Assembly (NCBI GenBank): GCA_043825735.1
Contig: JBDRRP010000152.1
Coordinates: forward strand, 1 to 64,000
Length of the DNA stretch: 64,000 nucleotides
Direction of reading: 5' to 3'
From: Pseudomonadota bacterium
Lineage (GTDB): Bacteria; Desulfobacterota; Desulfobacteria; Desulfobacterales; JBDRRP01
The notes under the pieces are model-generated. The model made no database searches. It had not been told where the DNA came from and saw nothing but the letters and a program-made list of their open reading frames with translations. Position numbers and translations under genes: made by a program. How positions within the stretch are numbered: position 1 is the first letter of the stretch; every line of letters begins with the position of its first letter. Shown piece after piece: positions 20,787 through 30,160 of the stretch.

Positions 20787-21737
20787 TTAAAGCACCTTCC
20801 ATTCTGGGGGCAATATATCTTTACATAATGAGTTTTTCCTACTAACCCATCTCAATGCATTTGGTGAAATTACAATTTTTTCTTCATTTTCATTCAAATA
20901 TGCACCCCACCAGCTAAATGTGCTTTCTGCAATAATATTATGCTTGCAAAGACTCATTAATCGCAAATCTTCATATGCGTGAGTATCATCGTTCCAGTCA
21001 ACAAACATAGCACTGTTTGAATTTATATTAAATCTGCACCATTCGATATCATCTGAAAAAACATAAAACACTGGATTCTCAAATTTCTCTAAAAAATAGG
21101 CCATCGCCAAGTTTATATAATTCAAATCAGTTGCAAAATACGTTGATGAGCCAACTTTATCAGTTCGCCTTACATGAATTGACACTGAAACTGAATTTTT
21201 TATTTTTTCAGCCGTCGCTCTGTTTTGCTTACTCCATTCATGTTTCACACTTAGCTCATTTAATAGTATTGGGCGGATATGATCAAAATATTTATACGAT
21301 ACCCATGTACCTAAAAGAACGACATTGTCAGGCAAATTAAAAAACTCTTCATCAAAATCGAAAATTCTTTGACTTGCAACTCTTTTTATCAGAAGGGGGG
21401 GCAGTGGTGCACACAATTCATGATCATAATATCGTGTAAAATACCGTATATTACCAGTTTTTTCTGCCACCCTATAAAAAACAGCATGCGCTTTGCTACT
21501 GAATGATTTAAAAAACCTTAAGAGCCCTTCAGTTGTGTCAAAATTCAATATTTCACGTGTTGTAGCAATCTCGGCGTTTATTTTAAAATTATTTAGACAA
21601 TATGATCTGTGAGGATATTGGTCGAACGCATACGAATCCAACTTTAATTGAGTACCATGTTTATGAGCCAGAGCACGACCTGCCGCGTACTGAAAAAGCT
21701 GGTTTCCAAGTCCTCCCATCAGTGATGAAATAATCAT
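20787..21737 (-). CDS. Alpha-1,2-fucosyltransferase-like glycosyltransferase (GT11)
   Basis: GGLGNQLFQY, HVRRTD, VFSDD, STFSWW; start revised to ATG 21737. Confidence 0.88.
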   Translation of the reverse strand: MIISSLMGGLGNQLFQYAAGRALAHKHGTQLKLDSYAFDQYPHRSYCLNNFKINAEIATTREILNFDTTEGLLRFFKSFSSKAHAVFYRVAEKTGNIRYFTRYYDHELCAPLPPLLIKRVASQRIFDFDEEFFNLPDNVVLLGTWVSYKYFDHIRPILLNELSVKHEWSKQNRATAEKIKNSVSVSIHVRRTDKVGSSTYFATDLNYINLAMAYFLEKFENPVFYVFSDDIEWCRFNINSNSAMFVDWNDDTHAYEDLRLMSLCKHNIIAESTFSWWGAYLNENEEKIVISPNALRWVSRKNSLCKDILPPEWKVL

Positions 21738-21742
21738 TTCTT

Positions 21743-23158
21743 TTACACCTTTGTAAACCAAAAACAACCACAACCGTAATCTTGGCTATCTGTTAGCATT
21801 TCTGAAGCCCCATATAAGATATCTCCGCTTTCGTGTGAATCCGGGATTAGGGCATACTGTTTTAACTGTAAATTAGGGAAAAGGTTTTGCACTTGGCGAT
21901 AGGAATAAATTCGATGAGCATTGAAGGCTACTTTTGAGCGACCGACCGGGACAACAACCAGTAGATTGCCCTTTGGCGTCAAAACGCGTGTAAGTTCACT
22001 AGCGGCTTTTTTATCGCCCTCACTGTCTAATGGATCGCCATACCGACCTAACCCAATATGCTCAATTGTGTGCATACATGAAAGAGAGCCAATGCTGTTT
22101 TCAGTAAATTGTAAATTCGTAAGATCGGCTTGAGCGCATTCAAGATTCTCAATGCTGATAAGGGGAGGCCTATAATCATAATGCTTTACCGTAATAAGAC
22201 TGGAAAGTTGTGCTACGAACCGCAGAGTTGAGCCAATATCGATATGCAAATCCGGCATGTTCTGAACAAGAATCCGCATTGCCCAAGCGGGGTGCAGCAC
22301 ATAATGCCGGTCGTAGGTGGTGTTAACCGTAGCATCATCAAGGCATGGGTAACGCTCCTCCCAATGGCAGGAGAAACGGTGATTTCTCTTATTGAGAGCA
22401 TGAAACTCATTAAAATCGTCTCTAAATTTTCCCAATTTCCGTGAGTCGTTCCTTTTTTTTATAAAATAATCAATCACTTTTTTTAAGGAATCCTTAAAAC
22501 GAGGCACAAATCTCTTTGAATATTTATTTTGAATTCTATTTGTTTTGTCAGCCAAATACATTTTATAATTGTGTGTAATTTCCCTTTTACTAAATTCAGA
22601 TACTAACTTTTTTGCTGATTCTGGAACACATACAATGACATCATCATAAATCAAAATATAATGCATTTTATATCGATTTAGGTGCTCAAGCAAGGTGTAA
22701 ATATCAGGGTATTCACCAAGGAAATGTGGGTCTGGAGGCGGTGCCATAAATAGCCTGGCATCATCAATGAATATGAAGTGATCATATGCAGATGAACTTA
22801 TTGCACAAATCTCATCCGATATTGGAGCACGAGAGCCTTTCCCTGCGGTATTCAAGGAGCAGTGATGCGCATCGAGCCAAAAGACTGCAGACTCATTGAG
22901 CTGCTTTATGATTTTAACTAATGCCTCTGACGAGTCCCCGTATTGGAAATTTATATTTCGGATATGTTGGTATTTAGCAACTGCCTCATCAAATAGTTCT
23001 TTTGACAACTCGATGGAAAATACTTTTTTAAAATGATCTGCGGCCCAACTGGACGTAGCCCCTTTAAAAGTTCCCGTCTCTATAAAGACATTGATACCGA
23101 ATGTCCGTTGCACAAACAGCATGAGTTCTTCCGGAGCCCCCTCTCTGACAATACCCAT
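21743..23158 (-). CDS. Two-domain protein: methyltransferase-like N-domain + DUF268-like C-domain
   Basis: FIETGT..FWLDAH..IDDARLF; C-half DIGS..HTIEHIGLGRYGDPLD..FNAHRIY. Confidence 0.7.
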   Translation of the reverse strand: MGIVREGAPEELMLFVQRTFGINVFIETGTFKGATSSWAADHFKKVFSIELSKELFDEAVAKYQHIRNINFQYGDSSEALVKIIKQLNESAVFWLDAHHCSLNTAGKGSRAPISDEICAISSSAYDHFIFIDDARLFMAPPPDPHFLGEYPDIYTLLEHLNRYKMHYILIYDDVIVCVPESAKKLVSEFSKREITHNYKMYLADKTNRIQNKYSKRFVPRFKDSLKKVIDYFIKKRNDSRKLGKFRDDFNEFHALNKRNHRFSCHWEERYPCLDDATVNTTYDRHYVLHPAWAMRILVQNMPDLHIDIGSTLRFVAQLSSLITVKHYDYRPPLISIENLECAQADLTNLQFTENSIGSLSCMHTIEHIGLGRYGDPLDSEGDKKAASELTRVLTPKGNLLVVVPVGRSKVAFNAHRIYSYRQVQNLFPNLQLKQYALIPDSHESGDILYGASEMLTDSQDYGCGCFWFTKV

Positions 23159-23162
23159 ATAT

Positions 23163-24473
23163 TTATCCCTTTGCTACAGACTTCCAAGTTAAAATTGGGG
23201 CCAACATGCCTCTTCTCTTTTCATACCAATACGGAGAGCTGCTTAACCCTCCTTTGATTTCAAAATGTATGCAGGGGTTAACCTCATCAGGCGACAAAAT
23301 CCATTCGCGATGATAACACGCAGCTAATAGCATTAATCTATAGGAACCCTCATTCAATAAATTATTTTGAAGTCGCGTGCTCAGCACGTTTCTTCCTATT
23401 GATATTTTCGGCCAGCTGTTTTCATCACTATCTGTGGTGAAAGACCAAAATAACAACCCATTATCGTCATTATACAGCGCAAAGCCCATCTGAAAAGATC
23501 GGTCCATATCTTTGAGATCAAATTCAATAGTCAAATAGAAATTACTGTCATTTTTGATAGGCACTGTTAACGCAGTACCAGTCTCGTCTGTAATGGCCAT
23601 CCTGATCAACGAAAAATATTTATTTGATAGAGTTTTGTTTTCTTTTTTAAGCCACTCATAACGGTTAGAATTTTTACCTGAATGACTTATGTAACCTAAA
23701 ACAACCTTTTTAATATCATCGCCTAAAATCTCTATAGCCCCATCTACCAGTAAGACTCCCCGGCGACACAGTTGCTGAACCGCTCCCATATTATGACTCA
23801 CAAATAGCACTGTCCTACCTTCTGTTGCCACATTTCTCATCTTGCCCAGACATTTCTTTTGAAATTCAAAATCTCCCACTGCTAAGACTTCATCCACGAT
23901 AAGAATATCTGGTTCGAGATGAGCGGCTACTGCAAAAGCAAGCCGAACAGACATACCACTTGAATACCGTTTGACAGGAGTATCCAAAAATTTCTCAACC
24001 TCGGCAAAGGCAACGATCTCATCGAATTTACGGCTTATCTCCTTCCGGGTCATCCCGAGAATGGTACCATTCAAATAGATATTCTCTCGGCCAGTCAGTT
24101 CTGGGTGGAAGCCGGTTCCCACCTCTAACAGGCTAGCGACACACCCCTTGATGGTGACCCTTCCGGCTGAAGGCTCGGTAATTCGGCTCAAAAGCTTCAA
24201 TAGCGTACTTTTTCCGGCCCCGTTTCGTCCTATAATACCGACAGCCTCTCCACGTTTAATTTCAAAATTCACATCCTTGAGTGCCCATACTTCTTCCACC
24301 GTGTCGCCCTGTATGATGGGCGTTCCTGTTGCAAGGTCTTTTGTCTTATTCCATATTGTACGGGCGTTTTGTACTATCACATCACGAAGAGCAGTGTAGC
24401 CGCCTCTCTCCGTTTGGTGGCCGATGATATATTTCTTGCCGAGGTTTTCGGCTTTGATGACGACATCATTCAT
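23163..24473 (-). CDS. wzt: Polysaccharide ABC transporter ATPase with C-terminal Wzt_C-like domain
   Basis: GRNGAGKST, YSSGM, VDEVLAVGD, VSH, long C-terminal extension. Confidence 0.93.
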   Translation of the reverse strand: MNDVVIKAENLGKKYIIGHQTERGGYTALRDVIVQNARTIWNKTKDLATGTPIIQGDTVEEVWALKDVNFEIKRGEAVGIIGRNGAGKSTLLKLLSRITEPSAGRVTIKGCVASLLEVGTGFHPELTGRENIYLNGTILGMTRKEISRKFDEIVAFAEVEKFLDTPVKRYSSGMSVRLAFAVAAHLEPDILIVDEVLAVGDFEFQKKCLGKMRNVATEGRTVLFVSHNMGAVQQLCRRGVLLVDGAIEILGDDIKKVVLGYISHSGKNSNRYEWLKKENKTLSNKYFSLIRMAITDETGTALTVPIKNDSNFYLTIEFDLKDMDRSFQMGFALYNDDNGLLFWSFTTDSDENSWPKISIGRNVLSTRLQNNLLNEGSYRLMLLAACYHREWILSPDEVNPCIHFEIKGGLSSSPYWYEKRRGMLAPILTWKSVAKG

Positions 24474-24482
24474 AATAAGTCG

Positions 24483-24524
24483 GAGATGGTAGTTTGGAGA
24501 CTGAAGATAGGAGATATTGGATAT
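24483..24524. repeat. Heptamer array x6, consensus GAGATAG (+)
   Basis: gagatgg tagtttg gagactg aagatag gagatat tggatat. Confidence 0.75.
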
Positions 24525-24526
24525 CG

Positions 24527-24892
24527 TTAACCATTTTTCCGTCTTTGTGTAGATTTTATTAATCCAGTAATTAATTTACCGACACCAGCGACATCTTTCC
24601 GTAGCGATATCGCCTGCGGGGCAAGGGTCGGATAACAATCCTCGACAACATACAGCAGGGATCGAACCTCACCTGCTGAGGCACGAGCAATATTATAAAA
24701 CTGGATTTTTTCTTGCACATGCATACGCTCAAAACCCTCGGCAATATTACTCATTATCGAAACTGCCGCCCGCTGTGATTGCCCAGAAAGTCCGTAGTCC
24801 CGCGCAAGGTTTTCATTTGAAGTCATCTGATAAATAGCACTAACCAGCTTTCGTGCCTGCTGCCAAGCCTCCAAATCTTCAAAAGATTTCAT
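24527..24892 (-). CDS. Four-helix-bundle protein (23S rRNA IVP / TIGR02436-like, Avd-related fold)
   Basis: FEDLEAWQ, QSQRAAVSIMSNIAEGFER, IARASAGEVRSLLY. Confidence 0.92.
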   Translation of the reverse strand: MKSFEDLEAWQQARKLVSAIYQMTSNENLARDYGLSGQSQRAAVSIMSNIAEGFERMHVQEKIQFYNIARASAGEVRSLLYVVEDCYPTLAPQAISLRKDVAGVGKLITGLIKSTQRRKNG

Positions 24893-24895
24893 CCC

Positions 24896-24965
24896 CTACC
24901 TCCTATCTTTTATCTCATATTCCCTATCTTCCATCTCCAATCTCCTATCTCCTATCTTCCATCTC
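24896..24965. repeat. Heptamer array x10, consensus CTATCTC (+)
   Basis: ctacctc ctatctt ttatctc atattcc ctatctt ccatctc caatctc ctatctc ctatctt ccatctc in unbroken register. Confidence 0.92.
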
Positions 24966-25817
24966 TTAAATTAAATCCGCAAAAGTTTTTTCCATTTTCC
25001 GGAAGCGGGATACACCCAGATAGAGAAAGAAGGCGGTGATAGCGAGACTGAGAAGGAAACCGGGGAGATATACCGGACTGTTGCCGCCGAGAATGCACCA
25101 GCGGAAACCGTCGATCACCCCGACCATGGGATTAAGGCTGTAAAGCAGTCGCCATTTCTCCGGGACGACATTGCTGCTGAATCCAACCGGCGACACATAA
25201 AGACCGAATTGAACCACGAAAGGGATGATGTAACGGAAATCGCGATATTTCACGTTGAGCGCCGTGATCCAGAGGCCCGGACCAAGACTGGCGAGCAGGG
25301 CCAGAACTACAAAAGCCGGCAGCAACATGATATGCCAACCCGGCAGAAATTGATAATAGACCATCAGGCAAATCAAGATGACAAAACTGATGAGGAAATC
25401 GATGAAGGCGGTGACAATTGTCGCCGCTGGAATGATCAGCCTGGGGAAATACACCTTGCCGATCAGGTTGGCGTTGCTGATCAGACTGTTTGACGATTCG
25501 GAAAGCGAGTTTGAGAAAAGAGACCACGGGAGCATTGCCGCAAAGACCAGTAGCGCGTAAGGGGCGTTACCGTCGCTGGGGAGTTTGGCGATCCGGCCAA
25601 AAATGACGGTGAAGACGACCATCGTCAGAAAGGGCCTGATCAGGGCCCAGAGAACCCCGATGATGGTCTGCTTGTATCGTACGGAGATATCTCGCCAGGC
25701 CAGAATCAGAAACAGCTCTCGGTACCGCCAGAGATCGCTCCAGTAGTTTTTCTCACTGCGGCCGGGCTCTATGATTAGGACCGGCTCTTCAGGATGTACG
25801 GAAGATGAGTTATTCAT
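24966..25817 (-). CDS. wzm: Polysaccharide ABC transporter permease
   Basis: RDISVRYKQT, KVYFPR, YRDFRY, LNPM. Confidence 0.93.
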   Translation of the reverse strand: MNNSSSVHPEEPVLIIEPGRSEKNYWSDLWRYRELFLILAWRDISVRYKQTIIGVLWALIRPFLTMVVFTVIFGRIAKLPSDGNAPYALLVFAAMLPWSLFSNSLSESSNSLISNANLIGKVYFPRLIIPAATIVTAFIDFLISFVILICLMVYYQFLPGWHIMLLPAFVVLALLASLGPGLWITALNVKYRDFRYIIPFVVQFGLYVSPVGFSSNVVPEKWRLLYSLNPMVGVIDGFRWCILGGNSPVYLPGFLLSLAITAFFLYLGVSRFRKMEKTFADLI

Positions 25818-25819
25818 TC

Positions 25820-25857
25820 AGCTCCGCCCCTTGGATTACATCGGGAGCAATGATCCA
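25820..25857. repeat. ~38-bp direct repeat, copy 1 (carries SD for wzm)
   Basis: AGCTCCGCCCCTTGGATTACATC identical at 27078-27100. Confidence 0.85.
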
Positions 25858-26850
25858 TTACCCGACCCGACCACCCGTTTTTCTCGCTATTTCCATGTCG
25901 TTATTGACCATTTGTTCTACCAGGACTGAAAATGACACTGCCGGTACCCATTTTAGTCCTCTTTTCGCTTTAGCAGCATCACCCAGAAGCAACTGCACCT
26001 CTGCAGGGCGGTAAAGCGCATCTTCAATTTTCAAATACTGCCTATAGTCCAGGCCCACATGGCCGAAAGCAAGTTCCAGAAACTCTCTCACAGTGTGGGT
26101 TTCGCCCGTGGCAATGACATAGTCCTCCGGCTTTTCCTGCTGAAGCATCAACCACATGGCGTAAACGTATTCCTTTGCATGGCCCCAGTCACGTTTAGCC
26201 TCCAGGTTGCCCAGACGGATTTCGTCCTGCAGGCCTAGTTTGATTCGGGCAGCCGCCGAAGTGATCTTCCTTGTGACAAATTCGTGGCCGCGTCGGGGGG
26301 ATTCGTGGTTGAACAGTATGCCGGATAGGGCGAAAAGGCCGTAACTTTCCCGGTAATTGCGGGTCAACTCGAAGCCGGCCATTTTGGATATGCCGTAGGG
26401 TGAGCGGGGGTGAAAGGGCGTCTTCTCGGTTTGGGGAGTTTCTTCTACCTTGCCGAACATTTCGCTGGATCCGGCAAAATAGAACCGGCACTCAGGTGCC
26501 AGGCGTTTGATAGAGGAGAGGACATAATGCGTGCCGTTCAAATTGGTGGCGATAGTGGAAAACTCATCCTCAAAAGAATAGGATACATAGCTCTGGGCTG
26601 CCAAGTGGTAGCATTCGTCCGGGATAATGTCAGAGATGACGTTAAATAGACTGGCGTAGCTCTCCATGGATGCACTGTGGATGTGAAGCTTGTCCAGTAT
26701 GTGCCGGATTCGCCACATGCGTTGATAAGGGTCCTCCAGCGCGACTCGGCGAACGATCCCGTGCACTTCATAGCCTTTTTCAAGAAGCAATTCCGCCAAA
26801 TAGCTCCCATCCTGTCCCGTTATTCCGGTGATCAGTGCTTTTTTAGGCAT
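25858..26850 (-). CDS. gmd: GDP-mannose 4,6-dehydratase
   Basis: GITGQDGSYL, LAAQS, SSEMFG, YGISK, FNHESPRR, RDWGHA. Confidence 0.95.
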   Translation of the reverse strand: MPKKALITGITGQDGSYLAELLLEKGYEVHGIVRRVALEDPYQRMWRIRHILDKLHIHSASMESYASLFNVISDIIPDECYHLAAQSYVSYSFEDEFSTIATNLNGTHYVLSSIKRLAPECRFYFAGSSEMFGKVEETPQTEKTPFHPRSPYGISKMAGFELTRNYRESYGLFALSGILFNHESPRRGHEFVTRKITSAAARIKLGLQDEIRLGNLEAKRDWGHAKEYVYAMWLMLQQEKPEDYVIATGETHTVREFLELAFGHVGLDYRQYLKIEDALYRPAEVQLLLGDAAKAKRGLKWVPAVSFSVLVEQMVNNDMEIARKTGGRVG

Positions 26851-26915
26851 GTTGCTGCTCCATTAGCGAGCGTGGTTGCGACTATCCTGAAATGGAAATT
26901 TAATTGGCTAAAGTT

Positions 26916-27048
26916 GATGAAACCGTAAAAAGTGACTTTGAACCACAGAGACCGCAGAGGGCCACAAAGAATATTAAGAATAATTAATAAGTTATCTCTG
27001 CGCTCGCTGCGTCCTCTGTGGTGATTCCAGACTTTTTACGAGTTTATC
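26916..27048. mobile_element. Miniature inverted-repeat element family A
   Basis: TIRs GATGAAACCGTAAAAAGT / ACTTTTTACGAGTTTATC; 6-bp direct flanks AAAGTT at 26910 and 27049. Confidence 0.8.
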
Positions 27049-27077
27049 AAAGTTAGTGGCAGACAAAGCAATCATAA

Positions 27078-27116
27078 AGCTCCGCCCCTTGGATTACATC
27101 TGGGGGCATTAATCCA
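27078..27116. repeat. ~38-bp direct repeat, copy 2
   Basis: Matches 25820-25857. Confidence 0.85.
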
Positions 27117-27220
27117 AAAGGGGAAAAATGGGTAATCATAAACGTAATTAGCCCGCTCACCCTTCTACAAATTCAGGGTGAAATGCTACTCGGGTTTATG
27201 GCTGTTGTATTCATTTGGCG

Positions 27221-27298
27221 TCAACCGCCTAAATCACCGGAAAGAATCTGCCGGATTTCATCGATAAATCTTGAAAAATCATCCAAGTGATTTTTCAT
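27221..27298 (-). pseudogene. Probable C-terminal relic of DUF86/HepT toxin
   Basis: ATGA-coupled to MNT stop; MKNHLDDFSRFIDEIRQIL resembles HepT last helix; only 25 aa. Confidence 0.45.
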
Positions 27299-27735
27299 TT
27301 TCGCTCCGCTCGAATTGCCGACCGACGTATGCGTTCAGATCTTAATTTCTCGATAAATGGCATGAAATCAAAGTACAGACCGCGAATTTTGCTCTCGTAT
27401 GCCAGTCTTTGATCTTGGTCAATCTCATAAAGGCACCGACCGCTGCTTATCACCTCATAGGCCATCTCAATGGAGGCGCCATTTAGAATCGTGACATCGG
27501 TTTCTTTATCGAGTGACATGGCAATCTTGGTGGCCACGCTATAGGCCGGTGAAATCGCTACGACAGGATCTGAGGCGTAAACACGTTCATCCACAAGAAA
27601 AGCCAGATCCACATCTGATGATTGTTTATGGGTACCGCTTGCAGACGAACCGAACAGATACGTGGCAACGATTTGGTCATCTCGCTTAATCGCTTCGGCA
27701 ATCAATCCTGATATGGTTTCTACGATACTGGGCAT
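27295..27735 (-). CDS. Minimal nucleotidyltransferase (MntA-like antitoxin)
   Basis: YLFGS-x10-DVD (GSSASGTHKQSSDVD), YFDF C-terminal. Confidence 0.88.
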   Translation of the reverse strand: MPSIVETISGLIAEAIKRDDQIVATYLFGSSASGTHKQSSDVDLAFLVDERVYASDPVVAISPAYSVATKIAMSLDKETDVTILNGASIEMAYEVISSGRCLYEIDQDQRLAYESKIRGLYFDFMPFIEKLRSERIRRSAIRAERK

Positions 27736-27738
27736 TGT

Positions 27739-28224
27739 TCACTTAACCAAATTTCGAATTTTATCTCTAAAAGCATTGATATCAGTTAACACGCACTCCT
27801 TGTGAGCGATTACCCGGCGCAATAAGAACCCGACACGCTCATCGTCAAGGTGATATGTGTAGGCATGCCTGAAGACATGCCGAAACCCTCTGAGTTCATC
27901 GAGATGGGAGTATGACTCAGCACTAATCAACGGCGGTCGAACGCCCTCGATTTCAGCCATCATCCGCTTTAAAATGTTGATATGAAAACCGCCGTTGCTG
28001 GAAACATTGTTTTCCCAAAACCCGACAACCAGTTTAAACAGATCCTCGTAGGCGCAGTAAAGATTGTGCAGCTGGTATCCTGTACTGTCGACCATCTCCG
28101 GGCTTGCCGGGTTCCTGTTGAAAGACTGAAGGCGTTTTTCCAAAACCGCATAGATTTGTGCGATCTGCTGAAGTTGACTATCAAAATCGCCTAGGAAAAC
28201 TGTGATTCGCGCCTCGGGTGCCAT
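27739..28224 (-). CDS. HEPN (HepT-like) ribonuclease toxin
   Basis: LHNLY..ED, RGFRHVFRHAY (R-x4-H followed by AY). Confidence 0.85.
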   Translation of the reverse strand: MAPEARITVFLGDFDSQLQQIAQIYAVLEKRLQSFNRNPASPEMVDSTGYQLHNLYCAYEDLFKLVVGFWENNVSSNGGFHINILKRMMAEIEGVRPPLISAESYSHLDELRGFRHVFRHAYTYHLDDERVGFLLRRVIAHKECVLTDINAFRDKIRNLVK

Positions 28225-28577
28225 TTAAAACCTTCCGATTCGATTGATTTAGAAAAATGACAATCTTCAAGATTAATCACGTCAACCGTTCGATTCAGTA
28301 ATGAAGAAATCTCGGACACAAACATAAAATATTTTTCTTTATCGAGTCCTCTTATCGCAACGTCAACGTCACTCTCAGGGCGGAATTTATCCATTTTTGT
28401 CACGGACCCAAAAATATAAGCGGCGTCCCATGAGTATTGCATGGAAAGCGACGTCAACGCTGCCTCGATCTCATTCAACACTGATTCCCTCAGCGATTCC
28501 CGTTCTTCACGCTGTCGTTCTTGAGCCTTGAGCCATACGGCTATGGATTTATCAATCGTCACCAGCTTCACTTCCAA
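28191..28577 (-). CDS. Minimal nucleotidyltransferase
   Basis: YIFGS..SDVDVA, VDVINLE; start uncertain. Confidence 0.85.
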   Translation of the reverse strand: MEVKLVTIDKSIAVWLKAQERQREERESLRESVLNEIEAALTSLSMQYSWDAAYIFGSVTKMDKFRPESDVDVAIRGLDKEKYFMFVSEISSLLNRTVDVINLEDCHFSKSIESEGFKWHPRRESQFS

Positions 28578-28678
28578 GATATTCCAAAATAGCTGTCTTT
28601 ATCGGAATAGGACATGATTTGATGAAAGTATTGTTCCAGTTCAGCCAGTTTTCTAAGAACCAGCGTTCGATCGACCAT
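28568..28678 (-). pseudogene. N-terminal relic of DUF86/HepT toxin
   Basis: TAATG-coupled to MNT stop; MVDRTLVLRKLAELEQYFHQI is typical of DUF86 starts; ends after 36 aa. Confidence 0.65.
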
Positions 28679-29091
28679 TAAAAAAACCTCTCTTCGAGGA
28701 TACGGCTCTCGAATTTGTGAAAATCAAAGTATTCGCGTATGGTCGCAGACTCAAAAGCGTGGCGCTTGAAAGGTTGATTTTCGCAAATCACCTGACGGGG
28801 TTTAATGATTCGATATTTTAGCGACAATAACGCTGAGTTTAGAACGACAAAGTCTATATCATCTGTTTTCAGAATATCGTTTAAATGCCCCAAAAGATCG
28901 AGATGCCTTTTTGTAGTGTACGGTTCGATGAGATAAACCGCAATATCGATATCGCTCATTGCAGTGATTCGGCCGGTTGCCTGGCTTCCGAATAAATACG
29001 CAAATGCGACATCGGCTTGTCTGGAAAGAAAAACCGTCACTGCCGGCAGCTTACTGCTAAAATCTTGGGTGATGGGTTTTTGGTGTATCAT
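28678..29091 (-). CDS. Minimal nucleotidyltransferase (MntA-like antitoxin)
   Basis: YLFGSQATGRITAMSDID (GS-x10-DxD), IDFVVLN, EYFDF. Confidence 0.9.
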   Translation of the reverse strand: MIHQKPITQDFSSKLPAVTVFLSRQADVAFAYLFGSQATGRITAMSDIDIAVYLIEPYTTKRHLDLLGHLNDILKTDDIDFVVLNSALLSLKYRIIKPRQVICENQPFKRHAFESATIREYFDFHKFESRILEERFF

Positions 29092-29176
29092 TGGGTTATG
29101 ACGCCCCCCCTAACCCCTCCCACAATGAGCGAGGAATTTGTTAATGATCAAGCACCACTTTTATAAATATCTGATA

Positions 29177-30160
29177 CTATTTAAATAATGAATCAAGTTT
29201 GTTGACATTTCCTTCCTGCTGAACCGCCGAATCTGTTCGCCACCCTTTGATCGAGGGCGCTGAAAAGTCGACTTCATTCCACTTCGGGTGCCCTGCCTGT
29301 TGCAACCGCGAGATATTCGATTTAATAACCTTGAGGAGTTTCGCGATTTCCATGTCTTTTGCATTTTCCGAAGGTGTAACTGCCAAAGAATCTTCGTAAT
29401 GCACCAACACCGCCCTCGTACAAACAGTTGGGACCGGCGCTTCAATCCAGCTGTAATCAGATACATCCAGAGTGGCTGGCTCATAATATTGGGCAAATAG
29501 CTTCTTGTTTGTAATTGGAACGAAGTGCAAATTCTTCAAGAGTTCACTTAGCTTCGGATCGTCCTTAATTTTTTCAAGTTTCTGAAACAAAGGCACCGGT
29601 TTTCCCGCCACCAGGGTCATGGCATCTATCTTGTTTGTAAGAAGCATTTTAATAGCCGCTTCGTATGTGTAGTCAAACAATTTATCGATATCTCCGACAT
29701 AGTTCGCAAACAACACCTGATTGGTTGAAATGTATGTTCCACTGCCGAATTTCCCCATCGCAATCTTTTTTTTCATCAAGTCGCCGACGCATTTAATTCT
29801 CCGACTCGCCAAAAGATGCAACTCTTCGGTGTACAATGGTAGCAAGACCCTGAGCTTGTCAGGGGCTTGCTTATCCGAATCACTGATGAAAGCCATCGCA
29901 TCGGCCTGCATGATGGCGAGTTCGACTTGCTTAGAGTTGAGCATTTCGTAGTTGTGCAGCGACCCTTGACTTTCGATGATCTCGATATCCAGGCCGTTTT
30001 CGCTTCCCAGCAGGCGGATATCTTCACCGAATTTGTAATACGTGCCGTTTTGGCCGCCGGTTGCAATCCGAAGCTTGATGGCGCCAATGGCTGGAGAAAC
30101 GATGATTACGGCGACAATAACAACTTGAATCAAGGCAATCGTTACAATACGTGATTTCAT
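29177..30160 (-). CDS. TAXI-family TRAP solute receptor
   Basis: Signal peptide; ATGGQNGTYY, SQGSLHN, QAD, LYTEELH, GSGT. Confidence 0.88.
   Translation of the reverse strand: MKSRIVTIALIQVVIVAVIIVSPAIGAIKLRIATGGQNGTYYKFGEDIRLLGSENGLDIEIIESQGSLHNYEMLNSKQVELAIMQADAMAFISDSDKQAPDKLRVLLPLYTEELHLLASRRIKCVGDLMKKKIAMGKFGSGTYISTNQVLFANYVGDIDKLFDYTYEAAIKMLLTNKIDAMTLVAGKPVPLFQKLEKIKDDPKLSELLKNLHFVPITNKKLFAQYYEPATLDVSDYSWIEAPVPTVCTRAVLVHYEDSLAVTPSENAKDMEIAKLLKVIKSNISRLQQAGHPKWNEVDFSAPSIKGWRTDSAVQQEGNVNKLDSLFK

Noticed and set aside
24483..24965. Diversity-generating retroelement (Avd-like protein)
   Set aside because: No reverse transcriptase and no TR/VR pair with adenine-specific mismatches seen in the window
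24896..24965. CRISPR array
   Set aside because: Contiguous 7-nt units with no spacers; no cas genes; no repeat-spacer pattern found elsewhere
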